Part shown: positions 62,586 through 64,000 of the stretch, one piece after another | Position numbering within the stretch: the stretch's first letter is position 1 | Layout of the letters: each line of letters begins with the position of its first letter | Origin: Azolla caroliniana | Lineage: Eukaryota; Plantae; Polypodiophyta | Assembly (NCBI GenBank): GCA_043228905.1 | Contig: JBHGNT010000003.1 | Coordinates: 19,034,001 to 19,098,000 of the forward strand | Reading direction: 5' to 3' | Length of the DNA stretch: 64,000 nt | Notes under the pieces: generated by a model | The model's input: only the letters and a program-made list of their open reading frames with translations | Database searches by the model: none | What the model was told of the DNA's origin: nothing | Program-made: the position numbers and the translations under genes

Positions 62586-62889
62586 TTAAGGTGTTCATCG
62601 TTCTTTGTACTTTTATACTCTAACTCTTTGTAGTTTTTATTGGTCTACCACGGGTACAACCTTTATAAGGTTGTTAGTGCAATCATTTTGTCATGGATGT
62701 AGAAGTTCTACTAATGAAGAAGATGTTTTTTTGGTATAAAAAAAAACAAGACAGTCTTATCATAGATGTGCAAAAAACCATGATAAATATGATGGGCCTA
62801 TATGCCTAATTTGAGTTTACACATTTTACCTTTGTTCTAGGATTTTAGATATTAGGCTTGAAAAACCTTAAAATGTGTGGGCATTGGAG

Positions 62890-63200
62890 GCAAAGACCTT
62901 GTGATTTTTCTATCAAGGACTCTTTTGTGAACCCACATTGCTTGTTCAAGATGTTGAAGGGAAAGTTGGACTTGACAAACTACACATTGTAGAAGTTCAA
63001 GATGTCCATCACATGAGCTCTTGGATGTTTATCTAGTGGGACTAGGAGATCAAAAGATGTAGACACTATACATATATGGAATTTTCATAAGGACAACTAA
63101 ATCTTTGTTAATGTTGATTCCACACACATTACATTCAAGGTGCAAATGCCTAAAGGACATTTTCAAAGAGGAATGAAACCGTGATCCAGATTCCAAAACC
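62890..63200 (+). pseudogene. Possible highly decayed small heat-shock protein (alpha-crystallin domain) remnant
   Basis: Frame-shifted fragments GLDKLHIVEVQD, YGIFIRTTK and VNVDSTHITFK loosely follow the sHSP PGL.KE.IKVEVED / GKF.R.F.LP.NVD...I.A pattern. Confidence 0.28.
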
Positions 63201-63599
63201 AAGATAATCGATTAGCCTTTGAGAGGATGGGAAGGTGAATGAAATTACCATAAAGAAAAAACATCATTGAGATAAGATAACAATCATTGAATTAGAGAAA
63301 TGTGTATTTCTTTATCTCTGAAGTATAGTGATGGTCTAAACACAACACTTACCACGCAAGTGATAAATCAAATGTTGAATCCAAAATTTGTATTCTCTAC
63401 TAGATCAAATAGATTTAAGTCAGGATTTCAATCAAAAGTTCTTAGAAGATGCAAAATTATGGTAAACCAAGCCATATGGCTGAAGATTGTAATATTAAAC
63501 ACTAACAACTCGACACCTCTACTTTGGAGTTCACCAAGGGGGATTCTCTACATTTGGTTAAAACCAAAAGTTTGTTTATGTGTGGATGTATGAGGAGGT

Positions 63600-64000
63600 A
63601 GTTGGATCCTCGATAATAGATCAAGGTGGTACATGGATAGTCAAATGGACTCATTCTAGAACTTTAAAGACGGTAAAGATGCGTTCAAAAGTGCAAAAGA
63701 TGAAGGAAAATAGGGCGAAATATACTTTCCCAAACTAGTTTGTGTTTAAGACGTGCAAGGCTTGCATGTTGGGCAAGTTGCACTTAAATTCTTTTTTGCA
63801 AGATCTTAAGAGAGCAAAGCCTACTCCATAATAAGTCCTTGCAAACCTCTATAGAAAGATGGAAACAAAAACATGGGGTGGATCATCATACTATAATTGG
63901 ATGATGTGGGTATATTTCTCAAAAGGAAAGTTTGAGGCGCTTTGAAATTTCATAAAGTGGCAGTGTATTGTGAAGAAACAATTGGACGTGTTGCTTGATT
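63600..64000 (+). mobile_element. Decayed Copia pre-integrase/integrase remnant
   Basis: CKACMLGKLH..F, TWGGSSY, MWVYF..GKFEAL..F..W...V.KQ. Runs off the window end. Confidence 0.65.

Overview
Eukaryotic, land-plant nuclear DNA. A non-seed plant is inferred from the retroelement types and the CpG decay pattern. The left 27 kb holds two intact host genes: a 7-exon RGGA/HABP4-family RNA-binding protein gene (-, 4897-10958) and an intronless PR-1/CAP gene (-, 22006-22548). It also holds decayed Copia, LINE and LTR fragments, a Mutator-like MITE, and a decayed intron-containing gene that fuses a ParB/Srx-like domain to a beta-class N4C/N6A DNA methyltransferase (-, ~18130-21192). Positions 27082-60431 are one five-layer LTR-retrotransposon nest: A (gag-only Gypsy) > B (chromovirus) > C (Tnt1-like Copia) > D (Athila-like Gypsy with an extra ORF) > E (Trp-primed Gypsy), plus three solo LTRs. 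All junctions can be placed by target-site duplications (TSDs), three of them slightly degenerate. Most unusual signals: (1) element D has no polypurine tract but a second, oppositely oriented tRNA-Arg primer-binding site in its place, suggesting dual tRNA priming; (2) all four insertions with TGTCG...GACA ends made 4-bp duplications of ACGT/ACGG, suggesting CpG-directed integration; (3) the ParB-methyltransferase gene; (4) antisense tRNA-like Pol III A/B-box modules inside several LTRs; (5) telomere-repeat filler at two deletion junctions. All coordinates and counts were made by hand, and tRNA identities rely on recalled plant tRNA 3' ends, so they need confirmation.
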